Shown here one piece after another: positions 37,601 through 47,386 of a stretch of DNA of 60,141 nt. A program made the position numbers and the translations under genes. Source of the stretch: Bacteroides sp. UBA939 (lineage in GTDB: Bacteria > Bacteroidota > Bacteroidia > Bacteroidales > Bacteroidaceae); assembly GCF_002293435.1 (NCBI RefSeq), contig NZ_DBDF01000038.1, positions 1 to 60,141 on the forward strand. The letters are read 5' to 3'. How positions within the stretch are numbered: the first letter of the stretch is position 1; each line of letters opens with the position of its first letter. The notes beneath the pieces are model-generated. The model did no database searches. It had not been told where the DNA came from and was given only the letters and a program-made list of their open reading frames with translations.

Positions 37601-39111
37601 AACAACTGGTTCTGGTGGAACGCAACACCAACCGCATGTTGCGCCTGGTGAACCAGATACTGGACTTCCGCAAGATACAAAACCGGAAGATGAAGATGCG
37701 CGTACAGCAGATAGACCTCATCCCCTTCATCCGCCACATTATGGAGAGCTTCAACAGTCTGGCAGACGAACACCAGATAGACTTCGGGATAAGCACGCAG
37801 AGTTCGTCCCTCAAGGTATGGGCAGACCCCGATAAACTGGAGAAGATAGTGTTCAACCTGCTGTCGAACGCCTTCAAGTACACCCCCCGGGGCAAGCAGA
37901 TTCAGATAACCGTGCACGAAGGCGAGAGCGACGTAAGCATCGCGGTAGAAGACCAGGGCATCGGCATTGCCGAGAACAAACAGAATTCCCTGTTCGTGCG
38001 GTTCGAGAACCTGGTGGATAAGAATCTCTTCAACCAGGCCAGCACCGGCATCGGGCTGTCACTGGTGAAAGAACTGATTGATATGCACCACGGCACTATC
38101 AGCATCCGGAGCAAGCCGGGCGAAGGCAGTTGCTTCACCGTCCGACTGCCTAAAGGAAAGGAACACTTCGACCCGACGGTAGAGTTCATCCTGTCCGACT
38201 ATGTAATCAGCGACGACGCAACTGCACACGCCGGCAGCCATCTGCCTTCTTTTATCGAAAACGAAGAGGAGAACCTGAACACCGAAAAAGAAACCATCCT
38301 CATAGTGGAGGATAACCGGGAGCTGCGCTTCTTTATACGTACCATCTTTGCCCAATACTTCAATGTGATAGAAGCCGAAGACGGAGTCACCGGGTTGGAG
38401 AAAAGCCGGAAGTACCTGCCGGACATCATCATCAGCGACGTTATGATGCCCGAAAAGGACGGTATCTCCATGGCGCGCGAGCTGCGCGAAGACATAACCA
38501 CCAGTCATATACCGATCGTTATGCTGACTGCCAAGTCGACCATTGAAAGTAAAATAGAGGGCATGGAGCTGGGTGTGGACGATTATATCACCAAACCTTT
38601 CAGCGCCACATACCTGAAAGCGCGCATCTTCAACCTGCTTGAGCAACGCAAGAAGTTGCAAGCGCTGTACTGTGCCAGTCTGTTGCCTTCTTCCACCGAG
38701 CAGCAGTCGGAAGAAGCGGAGCGGGTGGCTGCTCCTACCCTTTCGCCCAACGACCGGAAGTTTATGGATAAGGTAATGGAAACCATTGAAGGACAACTGG
38801 ATAACGGTGACTTAATGGTTGAAGATATTGCCGGTGAGGTGAACATGAGTCGCTCCGTGTTCTTTAAGAAACTGAAGACGCTGACCGGGTTATCGCCCGT
38901 TGAGTTTCTGAGGGAGATTCGTATGAAGCGTGCAGCTCAGTTGATAGAAACAGAGGAGCACAACATGGCGCAGATAGCCTACATGGTGGGACTGAATGAT
39001 TCACATTATTTCAGCAAATGCTTCAAGCAACAGTATGGCATTACGCCGACAGAGTATAAGGAGAGGTGGAAGCAAAAAACCCCGTCAGGAACATATTCTG
39101 AGAGGGGGTAA
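34663..39111 (+). CDS. Hybrid two-component system (HTCS) sensor kinase/response regulator/AraC
   Basis: Beta-propeller repeats, Y_Y_Y domain, TM helix, FFTNISHELRTPLTLI, NLLSNAFKYT, receiver SDVMMP, AraC HTH. Confidence 0.97.
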   Translation: MKRIGILLTLCITAITLCPAQLPHTFTQYTSEDGLAQKNIQGVIQDHKGIMWFATWDGLYEFDGYTFKNYKAHPGDSIGLSNNRLDNIKEDRYGYIWVQSYDHHVYRFNPKTEQFQAIPYSEYSSQSLYVLPCGDVWVVTVQNELIHITTHPETGIMKASNFRKTYQIPHLERVNRVWQDQQQNRWILTENGLYKLSTRGNKTELSSYFVAPPQKDKLSFYDALESGNTIYFTSKRGDIYELNLDNNQFTKQKVETHSSLKIIRRLKDDKLLICTASDGFFIYEQKSKNVRHYNTRNYPSLKDDYIRDVYIDSHNDIWIRHQIKGVTHFNPEKEKFDYFILQDKYGKDITGARPEVFINEDINGFLWVHPSGGGLALYDREKNRIRPFYNPALQSGWSSDNRVTAVFTDKQGNLWFASFDNGLQKVSFSANRFQLLTSTPDDPEFPGNNIRAIYQDRDGYIWTGGKDKAVRIYDKNLHYVGNLTKEGTVSMHRADQLGVVYTIMQDHEGVIWIGTKGNGLFAARPGNKPLNYHLTQYTTDTDNAYSLSGNEIYSLHEDSRHRIWIATFEGGINYLERGADKEDVKFINYRNRLKDYPISQCYRTRFVTSDPEGRIWIGSSDGLLMCNGNYSKAEDIVFHRYHRIPGDSLSLSNNDIHNIFFTRNKEMYVGTFGGGLNKLISFDHAQARFHAYTMKDGFPSDVLLSIEEDKTGNLWCATEEELYKFNPDTETFISYPSRVFPRQVIFNEGAALHTQSGQLMYNTIKGILYFLPDSIKTSNYIPPIIFTNLQQAKKTITPAEGGILTTHIDDTKLLKLPHDKNSFSIQFAALDMKYPDDISYSYRLEGFENNWNDIGNQRTATYTNLPKGHYTLKVRSTNSDGIWVDNTRTLAITVLPSFWETPWAYSLYVLFILLIIFAATYILFTIFRLKHKVSVEQEISDIKLRFFTNISHELRTPLTLIAGPIEHVLQHGKLDNEAREQLVLVERNTNRMLRLVNQILDFRKIQNRKMKMRVQQIDLIPFIRHIMESFNSLADEHQIDFGISTQSSSLKVWADPDKLEKIVFNLLSNAFKYTPRGKQIQITVHEGESDVSIAVEDQGIGIAENKQNSLFVRFENLVDKNLFNQASTGIGLSLVKELIDMHHGTISIRSKPGEGSCFTVRLPKGKEHFDPTVEFILSDYVISDDATAHAGSHLPSFIENEEENLNTEKETILIVEDNRELRFFIRTIFAQYFNVIEAEDGVTGLEKSRKYLPDIIISDVMMPEKDGISMARELREDITTSHIPIVMLTAKSTIESKIEGMELGVDDYITKPFSATYLKARIFNLLEQRKKLQALYCASLLPSSTEQQSEEAERVAAPTLSPNDRKFMDKVMETIEGQLDNGDLMVEDIAGEVNMSRSVFFKKLKTLTGLSPVEFLREIRMKRAAQLIETEEHNMAQIAYMVGLNDSHYFSKCFKQQYGITPTEYKERWKQKTPSGTYSERG

Positions 39112-39195
39112 TTCAGTATACGACTGAATGGCATTCAGTATACGACTGAGCCTATTTCATTATACGACTGAATAGGGTTCAGTCGTATAGTGAAT
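39111..39195. repeat. 22-bp-period repeat array at HTCS 3' end
   Basis: TATACGACTGA at 39117, 39139 and 39161, plus inverted copy TCAGTCGTATA at 39179. Confidence 0.85.
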
Positions 39196-39530
39196 TAAGG
39201 TCAGTTCGGGAGGGGGGGTACAAGGCATGGTTCTGGTTTTATATTTGTATGCTTTTTTGCTAATAAATAATCCGTTGCTGCTTTGCGGCGTACTTTAACC
39301 CGCAACTACTCATGTATGATTTGCTATTTATCGCGTATGTGCGTATTTTTGCAGTATGAATTATACCGACCCTTGTATCAGGGCATCGGATATCAGAGGT
39401 ACGCTTATTTATTGCTACTTAAATAAATTCGCTCATTTATACCATACATTTGGCCTTTTTTGTATATTTGCTCTTATATTAAAAAGAAGCGTGAATATAG
39501 ATAATAATTCAGAAAGACATTATCAAAAGT

Positions 39531-39923
39531 ATGGAAGAACTACGAGTTATACAAAGTAAAATTTATGAATTCATAGGAATAAAGGTCATGCTCGACTTTG
39601 ACTTGGCTAGGCTATACTGCACAGAAACAAGTTTGCTAAAGCGGGCTGTCAGGCGTAATATTGAACGCTTCCCAGAAGATTTCATGTTTGAACTCACAAA
39701 AGAAGAAGCTAACGCATTGTTATCCAGTGGGGTATTCCAATTTGGCACACCCCAATATCAGATAGGAGAAGAAGCTTTGGAAGCTATAAACGATCTATCG
39801 GAGGATAACCGTAAAGAATTCGATAGCATATATCTTGCCCTTTCTCAATTAGCAGATAAACAGAAGTTAATAAACAAGCCACGTAACCCGATAGGATTCA
39901 GGGTACCAAAGAGTAAAGAATAG
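39531..39923 (+). pseudogene. ORF6N (KilA-N-like) domain protein, apparently internally deleted
   Basis: IQSKIYE...[34 protein letters not shown] and C-terminal PRNPIGF are present. The usual PYAFTEQGVAMLSSVL / IMRAFV core is missing. Confidence 0.65.
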
Positions 39924-40000
39924 CATACAAAACTTAAGTAATTAGCCTATCCAAGTACCTACTTTAACTCGACTTATTCTCAATGCATTCTAATTCCTAT

Positions 40001-40051
40001 AGCCTGTTTAAATTTTGCTCAGCGTTGTTTTGAGGAAAATTTAAACAGGCT
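40001..40051. terminator. 16-bp perfect inverted repeat between convergent genes (bidirectional terminator or MITE-like)
   Basis: AGCCTGTTTAAATTTT (40001-40016) / AAAATTTAAACAGGCT (40036-40051). Confidence 0.65.
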
Positions 40052-40073
40052 CTTGAAGTATAAAGTGTACAGC

Positions 40074-41225
40074 CTACAAACTTTTATCCAGAAAAGACAA
40101 GATGGCGCATTGCACCTTTATCCCGCAATCGTGCGGCATATCCCACAGTTCCGTAACGAGCTTATCGCCTGCCGAACGGCTCTCCCACACACTGCGCATC
40201 TCCGCAAAAGCAGCTTTCACTCCTACGGGAGGAAACAGCTTGTCGTGCTCCCCATTAAGGAAGAACATCGGTTTGGGACAGGCAATGGATGCAATATGCG
40301 GATAATCCAAGTAACGGCGGATGCCGGGCAACATATTGGCAAAACCACCACGTTCGCGACCGTACTCCCATGAGAACTGGCAATCAGTCGTATTCATCCA
40401 GCAAACAGCAACCCCAGCATGAATTTTATCAGACAGCGCCGAAAGCATCCAGGCACGGTAAGCACCCATCGAAAACCCCATGCAGGCGATACGCTTGGAG
40501 TTCACTTCGGGCAGAGTAGCCAGGAAATCGGTAGTGTACATATCTTCGTAGTTCATGAAAGCGCTCAGACTACGCCCCAGCATCATGAAGTTTCCCGCAT
40601 TATCGGCATACTTGCTGCCGTCGGCTCCTTCCTTACGCCCACGCTCGCCCCAGTAAAGAGCATCTACGGAGATAACTACGTAGCCGTGAGCCGCCAGGTA
40701 ATCGCCTACGTACTGTCCGCCATAACAATTCGTCGCCCAACCGTCCGCATCATCAAGCACTGCCTTGTCCACCCCGAAAGGGCGAATCATCTTCTCTTTG
40801 CCAATGGTATAGTGTCCACCATGATCGTGCAACAGTACAACAGCCGGGAAAGGTCCTTCACCGTCGGGCACCAACAAATAAGCATTCACGCGCGAATAGC
40901 CGGTCAGATTAAAGCGCAGTTTCTTCGCCCGGTAGCCTTCACGCTGTTCTTCGGCAACAACCTCCATCTGATAGTCGGTGGTACGAGGCGGTGGCGCCAA
41001 CATAGCATCCAATACCGCCGCACGCGCCCTGGTGCGCCACTTCTTAAAGTTCTTCACCGGACTGTTGCCCCAAGCCAGGGGATAGGTCAGTTCTTTCTTT
41101 AACTGTTCAAGGAACACGGGCATCTCCCGTTCCAATTCATAAGCGGGTAATTGCTGAGAAAGGGCGGCCACCGAAGTGACCAGCCCTAACATACCCAAGA
41201 ACAATCTCTTTACCATATCTATCAT
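40074..41225 (-). CDS. Exported alpha/beta hydrolase (dienelactone-hydrolase-like esterase)
   Basis: Signal peptide, PAVVLLHDHGG, nucleophile elbow GFSMG, NGEHD, C-terminal His (MPHDC). Confidence 0.85.
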   Translation of the reverse strand: MIDMVKRLFLGMLGLVTSVAALSQQLPAYELEREMPVFLEQLKKELTYPLAWGNSPVKNFKKWRTRARAAVLDAMLAPPPRTTDYQMEVVAEEQREGYRAKKLRFNLTGYSRVNAYLLVPDGEGPFPAVVLLHDHGGHYTIGKEKMIRPFGVDKAVLDDADGWATNCYGGQYVGDYLAAHGYVVISVDALYWGERGRKEGADGSKYADNAGNFMMLGRSLSAFMNYEDMYTTDFLATLPEVNSKRIACMGFSMGAYRAWMLSALSDKIHAGVAVCWMNTTDCQFSWEYGRERGGFANMLPGIRRYLDYPHIASIACPKPMFFLNGEHDKLFPPVGVKAAFAEMRSVWESRSAGDKLVTELWDMPHDCGIKVQCAILSFLDKSL

Positions 41226-41240
41226 CTATATATAATGCTA

Positions 41241-42971
41241 TTATCTATACCCCGGATTCTGCCCAAACTCTTCCTTATTCACCAGAGCATCCAGTTCGCT
41301 TTGCGGAATGGGACGCAACAGGTGGTGCTCCTTAATGTTGGCAGCAGCATCGGGGTTGCACGCCCGCACACGTTCCAACAGTTTGCCGGTACGTTTCAAG
41401 TCCATCCACCGGTGCTGTTCACCGGCCAGTTCGCGGGCGCGTTCGTCAAGAATGAAATCAATGTTGAGCTGACCTGCCGTGATACGCATGTCTGCTTCGT
41501 GACCGGGGATAGCACGCTGCTCGCGCAAGGTATTCATGTAACTCAGCGCTTCCGACGTGTTGCCCGCCTTCATACTGGCTTCGGCTACGATGAAATACAT
41601 CTCTGCCAGGCGGAATACCCAGAAGTCACGGGCACTTTCGTACTCCCATCCGGTGGCACGGGTGTTATCCTGAAACTTATAAGTAGCTACGTAGACGTCG
41701 CGGTTCTTCATCTTGCCGTCCGGCATAAAGATATCGTTGCGGTCGAATATCTGGTAACGCTTGCCGGCACGATATTCATCGGTTACCGCATATTTGGTAG
41801 TGACGAAAGCCGTATCGCCAATCTGCAATCCGCCGGGTACGCCATAGCGTTCGCCATAAGCCACATCGTAGTTGTCGGTAGTGGTATTTACCAGCCATGT
41901 GGTGCGGAAGGTACCGTCCCAGCGTTGGTCTATGGTTTCATCGAACATGTGCAGCCAGGCAAGGTTGGGCTTGAGCAGATTCCACGGCGAAGTATTGCCC
42001 ATACGCGGGTCGTCGGTGCTCGAAGCCACCCAAATGCCGCAACCGCCCACCATCCAGTAGCACATGCCCGAAACAATGAATGCACTGTTTCCGCCGTTGC
42101 CCAGCACGGTAGAGTTGGCAGCACTGGGATTGCCATTGTTGTCGAAGGCATTGTTCAGCGTTACATCTACCGAATAGTCCACCCACCAGATGGCTTCGGT
42201 GTTAGTTTGCCCTTGATTGTTTGCCATGTCGAACGTTTCGGCAAAGCTGTCGTAGAAAGCCAGTCCGGGAGTGTTGATAACCTCTTTTGCCAGCGACGCA
42301 GCTTCCGCCCAACGTTCGCGGAAGAGGCAGAGACGAGCCTTGAAAGCCTTGGCAGCAAGCTGGGTTACCCGACCATTATCTTTGTTGGGTGTTCCTGCCA
42401 GCAGTGTGATAGCTTCTTCTACATCAGCAAAGATTTGAGTATAGAAATCCTCAACCGACGAGCGTTGTGCAGTTCTGACCGGCTCTTTCATCTCTTCGGT
42501 ATAGAGCACCACACCTCCCCATTGCTCAACAATGAGATGAAGATAGAGGGCGCGCAGGAAATGCGCTTCACCCAAACGGCGCTTTCTGGTAGCGTCGTCC
42601 AGTCCGGCTGCATCGGCGCGGATAATGGCGGCATTACATGCATTCAGTCCACCATAGAGATTGTTCCACATGTGCTCAAACAATATTTGGTTGGGTTGCA
42701 TTTCGGATGCATAAAGCCCCATATAGCTGGGATTACCTTCGGTGTACATGTCGGTACCGGTTTCGGACATGGCATAACCATCTGATTTGCCGTACCACGT
42801 ACGCAGATAAGAGTAGCAGGAATTGATTAGATTCTCATATCCTTCGGGAGTGCTGTACAGCACATCGGCGGTAATGGAGTTGCGGTTAATCTCGTTCAGA
42901 AAGTCGGAACACGAAGAGAAACCGAGTATGATTGCAATGAATAGTGTATATATCTTTTTCATAATGGACAT
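41241..42971 (-). CDS. SusD/RagB family lipoprotein
   Basis: Lipobox FSSC-SDFL, GEAHFLRALYL, FRLAEMYFIVAEA, ILDERARELAGEQHRWMDLKRTG, PIPQSE...QNPGY. Confidence 0.96.
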   Translation of the reverse strand: MSIMKKIYTLFIAIILGFSSCSDFLNEINRNSITADVLYSTPEGYENLINSCYSYLRTWYGKSDGYAMSETGTDMYTEGNPSYMGLYASEMQPNQILFEHMWNNLYGGLNACNAAIIRADAAGLDDATRKRRLGEAHFLRALYLHLIVEQWGGVVLYTEEMKEPVRTAQRSSVEDFYTQIFADVEEAITLLAGTPNKDNGRVTQLAAKAFKARLCLFRERWAEAASLAKEVINTPGLAFYDSFAETFDMANNQGQTNTEAIWWVDYSVDVTLNNAFDNNGNPSAANSTVLGNGGNSAFIVSGMCYWMVGGCGIWVASSTDDPRMGNTSPWNLLKPNLAWLHMFDETIDQRWDGTFRTTWLVNTTTDNYDVAYGERYGVPGGLQIGDTAFVTTKYAVTDEYRAGKRYQIFDRNDIFMPDGKMKNRDVYVATYKFQDNTRATGWEYESARDFWVFRLAEMYFIVAEASMKAGNTSEALSYMNTLREQRAIPGHEADMRITAGQLNIDFILDERARELAGEQHRWMDLKRTGKLLERVRACNPDAAANIKEHHLLRPIPQSELDALVNKEEFGQNPGYR

Positions 42972-42986
42972 GTTTTTTTGAGTGAA

Positions 42987-45971
42987 TTAGAAACTAACGT
43001 TAGCACCAAAGACTATTTGCTTGGTCATAGGATAAGAGTTGGCTCCACCACGTTCGGGGTCGTAGTTGTCGGAGTGGCTGAAGGTGAAGAAGTTCTTCAG
43101 CGTAGTGTAGAGACGCAACTTTGAGAGATGCGCTTTACTTATCCAGGCTTTTGGGAAACTATATCCCAAGGTTACATCCTTGATTTTAAGGAAGTCGCCC
43201 TTCTCGTAAGCCAGCGTGCTGGTGTAGAGCATCTGCGGCTTGTTGAAGTTAGGACGCGGATAAGCGTTGCTGGGATTTTCGGGTGTCCAGTAGTCGCACA
43301 CCACCGAGTTTTGCCAGCCGGTGGGCGAGAAGCTTCCTTTAGCCTGATTGGAAATGAGGTGCCCCACACGGGTGTAAAGGAAGAACGAGAAGTCCCATCC
43401 CTTAAACTCGAAACGGTTGTTCATACCCGCCGTCCATTTGGGTGTGCGCTGACCCAATACGCGGCGGTCTTCGTTAGCATCAATGCTGCCGTCTCCATCC
43501 TGGTCTTTTACGCGGATGTCGCCCGGCTCGTAGCCATACTCGGCTGCCGTAGCAGCATCGGCTGTTTGCCAGATACCTATCTTTTCGAAGTCGTAGATAA
43601 CCGAGATGGGATGTCCGATGAACCAGCCGCTACCCACATCATCTTGCTTATCGCCCAAACTCAACTCTACAATTTTCTCTTTATTGGCAGAGAAAGTGAA
43701 GTCGGTAGTCCACTTAAAGTCCTTGGTGTCGAAGTTCACCGTATTGATGCTAAGGTCTATTCCTTGTGTTTCGGTCTTACCAATATTGCTGATAACCTGT
43801 GTAAAGCCTGTGTGTCCGGGTAATACCATCGACATGAGCAGGTCGCTCGTCCGCGTCTTATACGCATCAAGAGTAAGATAGACGCGGTTGTTGAACATAC
43901 CATAATCTACGCCCACATTGAATACCGCAGTATTCTCCCAGCCTAAGGTAGGATTGGCCATGCCATACGGACGATATCCGTAAGCGGCACTTGTACCGAA
44001 TTCGTACATACTGCGATCCAGTCCGCCGGTTGTTTGGTAAGCCCTAACAGCACTGCTGCCCGATACACCGTAAGAGAGACGCAATTTCAGGTCGCTCACT
44101 ACATCAACTTCTTTCAGGAAAGCCTCATCCTTCATACGCCAGGCTACCGCCACCGATGGGAAGTAAGACCACTTGTGACCTTTAGCCAACACCGACGCAC
44201 CGTCGGTACGCAGCGTGGCAGTAAGCAGGTATTTATCCATCAGTTTGTAGTTGATGCGGGCAAAGTACGAAAGCATGGATTGTTCAGTAAGCGTACTGGC
44301 CAATTTATATTCGCTGGATGTACCGTCGAGGTTGTGGAACAGGGCTTGTTCAAAGGCAAGTCCCTTGCCTTCGGCGTAAGTGTCTTCCGCAACACTTTTC
44401 CACATACTGTGCCCCACCATGGCAGTAAGCGAATGGATACCAAAGTCTCGAGTGTAAGTCAGCGTGTTATCCCACGTCCATTTGTTGCCGTGATATTCGG
44501 TTTTAGATACCCGCGCCATATTGGAGTTGCGTCCTACAAAACTGGAGTTCACACCCTCGAAGTGTCCGTTACGGCTGGCGTACGAATCGATACCGAAGTT
44601 GGTACGGAAAGTCAATCCCTTGATAATCTCCCAGTTTAGATAGGCGGTACCGAAGAAGCGGGTAGCCTTGGTTTCGTCGAGATAATTATTGGGGTCTTGA
44701 TCGAAGAGCATGTTGATTTGTGTAGAGCCATCGCCCGTGAAGGGATACTTCCGCAGTGTACCGTCTTCGTTGTATGGAATGCCGTAAGGTACTTGAAACG
44801 TAGCCTGATGGTAATTACCACTGGCTCCATTGTTGAGTGTGGAACTCATAAAGGTTGCCGAAGCACCGGCTTCCATACTCTTGGAAATCTGCTGGGTTAC
44901 GCTAAGGCGACCGTTGTAGCGGCTAAAATCTTCGCCTACCAGGATACCGTCTTCGTTGAAGTAGTCGAGCGAGAAAGAAGCCCTGGTTTTCTCTCCACCT
45001 CCACTTATCGAGAGCGAATAGTTTTGAGTGGTAGCATCGTCCATAATAAGGTCGAACCAATCGGTATAAACGTTATCGGCGATACGTCGGAGCGATTCAG
45101 GGTCTATAAAGTTGGCATCATCGGCAGGCGAGTTCCACACCCCGGCAGCACGATAGGCTTCGCGGCGGAAAGCGATGTACTGTTGTGTGTTTTGCATCTT
45201 AGGCAGATTCGTCTCAAGGCTCGGTCCCCAGTAGGCATTCAGGTCGACTGTAACTTTGCCGGCTTTACCCTTTTTAGTAGTGATAAGGATAACGCCATTG
45301 GCACCGCGCGAACCATAGATAGCAGTAGTCGATGCATCTTTCAGTACTTCGATAGATTCCACATCATTAGGATTGATGTTGATATCCGCACCGTAATCAA
45401 TACCGTCAACCAAAATCAGCGGAGAGTTGTCGCCTCTAAGCGAACGGTTACCACGAATGGTAAAATTGAAGCCGCTACCGGGTTGACCACTGCTACGGGT
45501 CATGTCCAAACCTGCAATCTTACCTTGCATGCTCTCCAGCACATTACTGGTAGGCACCGCCGTGATATCCTGAGATTTAACAGAAGCAATAGATCCTACC
45601 AAGTCTCTCTTCTTAACGGTACCATAACCTATCACTATTACTTCATCCAGAGCCTGGGCATCTTCTCTCAAAACTACATTGATAGCAGATTGCTGTCCCA
45701 CGGTTACTTCCTGAGAAACATATCCTATATAAGAGTAGACCAATACCACCTTTCCCAAAGGTACCGAAAGTGTATAATTACCATCAATATCAGTGATTGT
45801 CCCTGTAGCAGAACTGCCTTTCAACATTACATTCACACCAATCAATGGTTCCTGTTTCGAGTCTGTTACCATACCCGTGATTGTTTTGTTTTGTGCATAC
45901 AGGCATTGAGCCAGTATCAGCGCCAATACAAAACATACTTTTCTAAAATAAAAATACTGTTTGTTTTTCAT
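42987..45971 (-). CDS. SusC/RagA family TonB-dependent transporter
   Basis: LDEVIVIGYG, IESIEVLKDAS-type plug motif (VESIEVLKDASTTAIYGSRGANGVILITTKKG), WSYFPSVAVAW, C-terminal F. Confidence 0.97.
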   Translation of the reverse strand: MKNKQYFYFRKVCFVLALILAQCLYAQNKTITGMVTDSKQEPLIGVNVMLKGSSATGTITDIDGNYTLSVPLGKVVLVYSYIGYVSQEVTVGQQSAINVVLREDAQALDEVIVIGYGTVKKRDLVGSIASVKSQDITAVPTSNVLESMQGKIAGLDMTRSSGQPGSGFNFTIRGNRSLRGDNSPLILVDGIDYGADININPNDVESIEVLKDASTTAIYGSRGANGVILITTKKGKAGKVTVDLNAYWGPSLETNLPKMQNTQQYIAFRREAYRAAGVWNSPADDANFIDPESLRRIADNVYTDWFDLIMDDATTQNYSLSISGGGEKTRASFSLDYFNEDGILVGEDFSRYNGRLSVTQQISKSMEAGASATFMSSTLNNGASGNYHQATFQVPYGIPYNEDGTLRKYPFTGDGSTQINMLFDQDPNNYLDETKATRFFGTAYLNWEIIKGLTFRTNFGIDSYASRNGHFEGVNSSFVGRNSNMARVSKTEYHGNKWTWDNTLTYTRDFGIHSLTAMVGHSMWKSVAEDTYAEGKGLAFEQALFHNLDGTSSEYKLASTLTEQSMLSYFARINYKLMDKYLLTATLRTDGASVLAKGHKWSYFPSVAVAWRMKDEAFLKEVDVVSDLKLRLSYGVSGSSAVRAYQTTGGLDRSMYEFGTSAAYGYRPYGMANPTLGWENTAVFNVGVDYGMFNNRVYLTLDAYKTRTSDLLMSMVLPGHTGFTQVISNIGKTETQGIDLSINTVNFDTKDFKWTTDFTFSANKEKIVELSLGDKQDDVGSGWFIGHPISVIYDFEKIGIWQTADAATAAEYGYEPGDIRVKDQDGDGSIDANEDRRVLGQRTPKWTAGMNNRFEFKGWDFSFFLYTRVGHLISNQAKGSFSPTGWQNSVVCDYWTPENPSNAYPRPNFNKPQMLYTSTLAYEKGDFLKIKDVTLGYSFPKAWISKAHLSKLRLYTTLKNFFTFSHSDNYDPERGGANSYPMTKQIVFGANVSF

Positions 45972-46070
45972 ATTAATACATTTGAATTAATAAAAGAATA
46001 AAGTTTCTCGATTAATAAGATTATCGCTTCAATCTCACACTGCAAAGTAGAGGATTAATCTGTTTTGGGA

Positions 46071-46101
46071 GGTTAAAAAAATGCTTGATTCGGTTAAAAA
46101 A
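46071..46101 (-). promoter_or_regulatory. Candidate HTCS operator upstream of susC
   Basis: GGTTAAAAAA at 46071 and 46092 (21-bp period), upstream of a minus-strand -7-like TACTTTG (46049-46043). Confidence 0.5.
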
Positions 46102-46547
46102 TAGCTTTGTATGACCGGATACTGCTTGAGGAGATGGTATTGAGTAGACAAATCACCTCACGAGGTGTACTTTTCGCTTCACAAAACAGTTTTGCTTCAC
46201 TCCATATCGTTTTTTAAGCTAATTACTTGTTGATTCACTAAGATTTAGTTCTTCGTCCATTAAGAACTAATATTCGTTTTGCATAAATCTAATTGTTCGA
46301 CGGTTGTCGAACGAAAAGATTTATGTAATCGCAGAGATAGATTTATTAGAAACAGGTACTAAATGACAGGCTAAACAGCATCAGTTTATAGCAATACCGG
46401 CAGGAACAAACCTTTTGGTACAGTTACCCTGATTTTAATTATAATTTGCTTGCGCCTAAAATGACGAAGGAACCCAGTAATTGCATCAAATACGCAATGC
46501 AACCAATACTTTCGCTTACAGTCTTTGTTTTTGATTGAACAAACAAA

Positions 46548-46653
46548 TTCATCCCATGAGACGAATTATTTCGTCCCACGAGATGAAAAAATCCGTCTCA
46601 TGGGATGAATTTTTTCGTCTCGTGAGACAAAAATATTGGTCTCGTGAGACGAA
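46548..46653. repeat. Five imperfect palindromic 18-mers at 22-bp period
   Basis: Consensus TTCGTCYCRYGRGACGAA at 46548, 46570, 46592, 46614 and 46636. Confidence 0.85.
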
Positions 46654-46657
46654 TTTG

Positions 46658-47263
46658 TTACCTTGAAAGTATAGGCAAACAAATATTATACTTCACAGCA
46701 AGAATACGCGTCAGGAATACTGTCACCCCGGCTACTACCTGGCAACCATAAGGCTGCATCCCGGCGAGATGGCACAACCAATAGGTCATACCACCTATCA
46801 CACATGCCATAGCATAAATTTCTTTTCGGAAAATCAATGGAATCTCATTGATAAATACGTCGCGGATAACACCGCCTGCAGCTCCTGTCATAGTACCCAT
46901 TATGATAGCTACCCAAAACGGATACCCCAATGCAATACTCTTACCCACACCCACCACTGTAAACAGCGCCAGGCCTATACTGTCGAATATGAAGAAAGTG
47001 TTATTCAAATGAATGAGATACTTGCCGAAAAGGATTACCCAAAGCAGAGCTAACCCTGTACATATCAAATAAATGGGATTCGTCATCCAACCGGGCGTCA
47101 CATCCAGTAACACATCGCGTATCGTACCGCCTCCGATAGCAGTTACAAAACCTACCACGTACGCACCAAACCAGTCGAATTTCTTTGCCGAAGCCAGACG
47201 AATACCGCTGATAGCAAAAGCAAACGTACCTATAAAATCGAGTATCTGAACAAATGTTGGCAT
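46658..47263 (-). CDS. Trimeric intracellular cation channel (TRIC / YadS-like) membrane protein
   Basis: GTFAFAISG, TAIGGGTIRD.LL, FDSIGLALF, GGVIRD.FINEIP.IF..EIYA. Confidence 0.92.
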   Translation of the reverse strand: MPTFVQILDFIGTFAFAISGIRLASAKKFDWFGAYVVGFVTAIGGGTIRDVLLDVTPGWMTNPIYLICTGLALLWVILFGKYLIHLNNTFFIFDSIGLALFTVVGVGKSIALGYPFWVAIIMGTMTGAAGGVIRDVFINEIPLIFRKEIYAMACVIGGMTYWLCHLAGMQPYGCQVVAGVTVFLTRILAVKYNICLPILSR

Positions 47264-47386
47264 ATTGCATTAATTTAGCGGGCAAAGTAACGAATAATTT
47301 CCCTAAGAAAACGTATTTTTGCTCCATCATTTCAGCCTGCATTATTCATAATGCAGTTTAGAGGCGAACAGAAAAATACCAGCAAA

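Noticed and set aside
41235-42785. 516-aa plus-strand ORF
   Set aside because: Antisense shadow of the clearly recognisable susD gene; no motifs of its own.
44697-46001. 434-aa plus-strand ORF
   Set aside because: Antisense shadow of susC.
30727-46653. CRISPR arrays at 30727, 39111 and 46548
   Set aside because: Units are 11-22 bp with no unique 25-45-bp spacers, and there are no cas genes.
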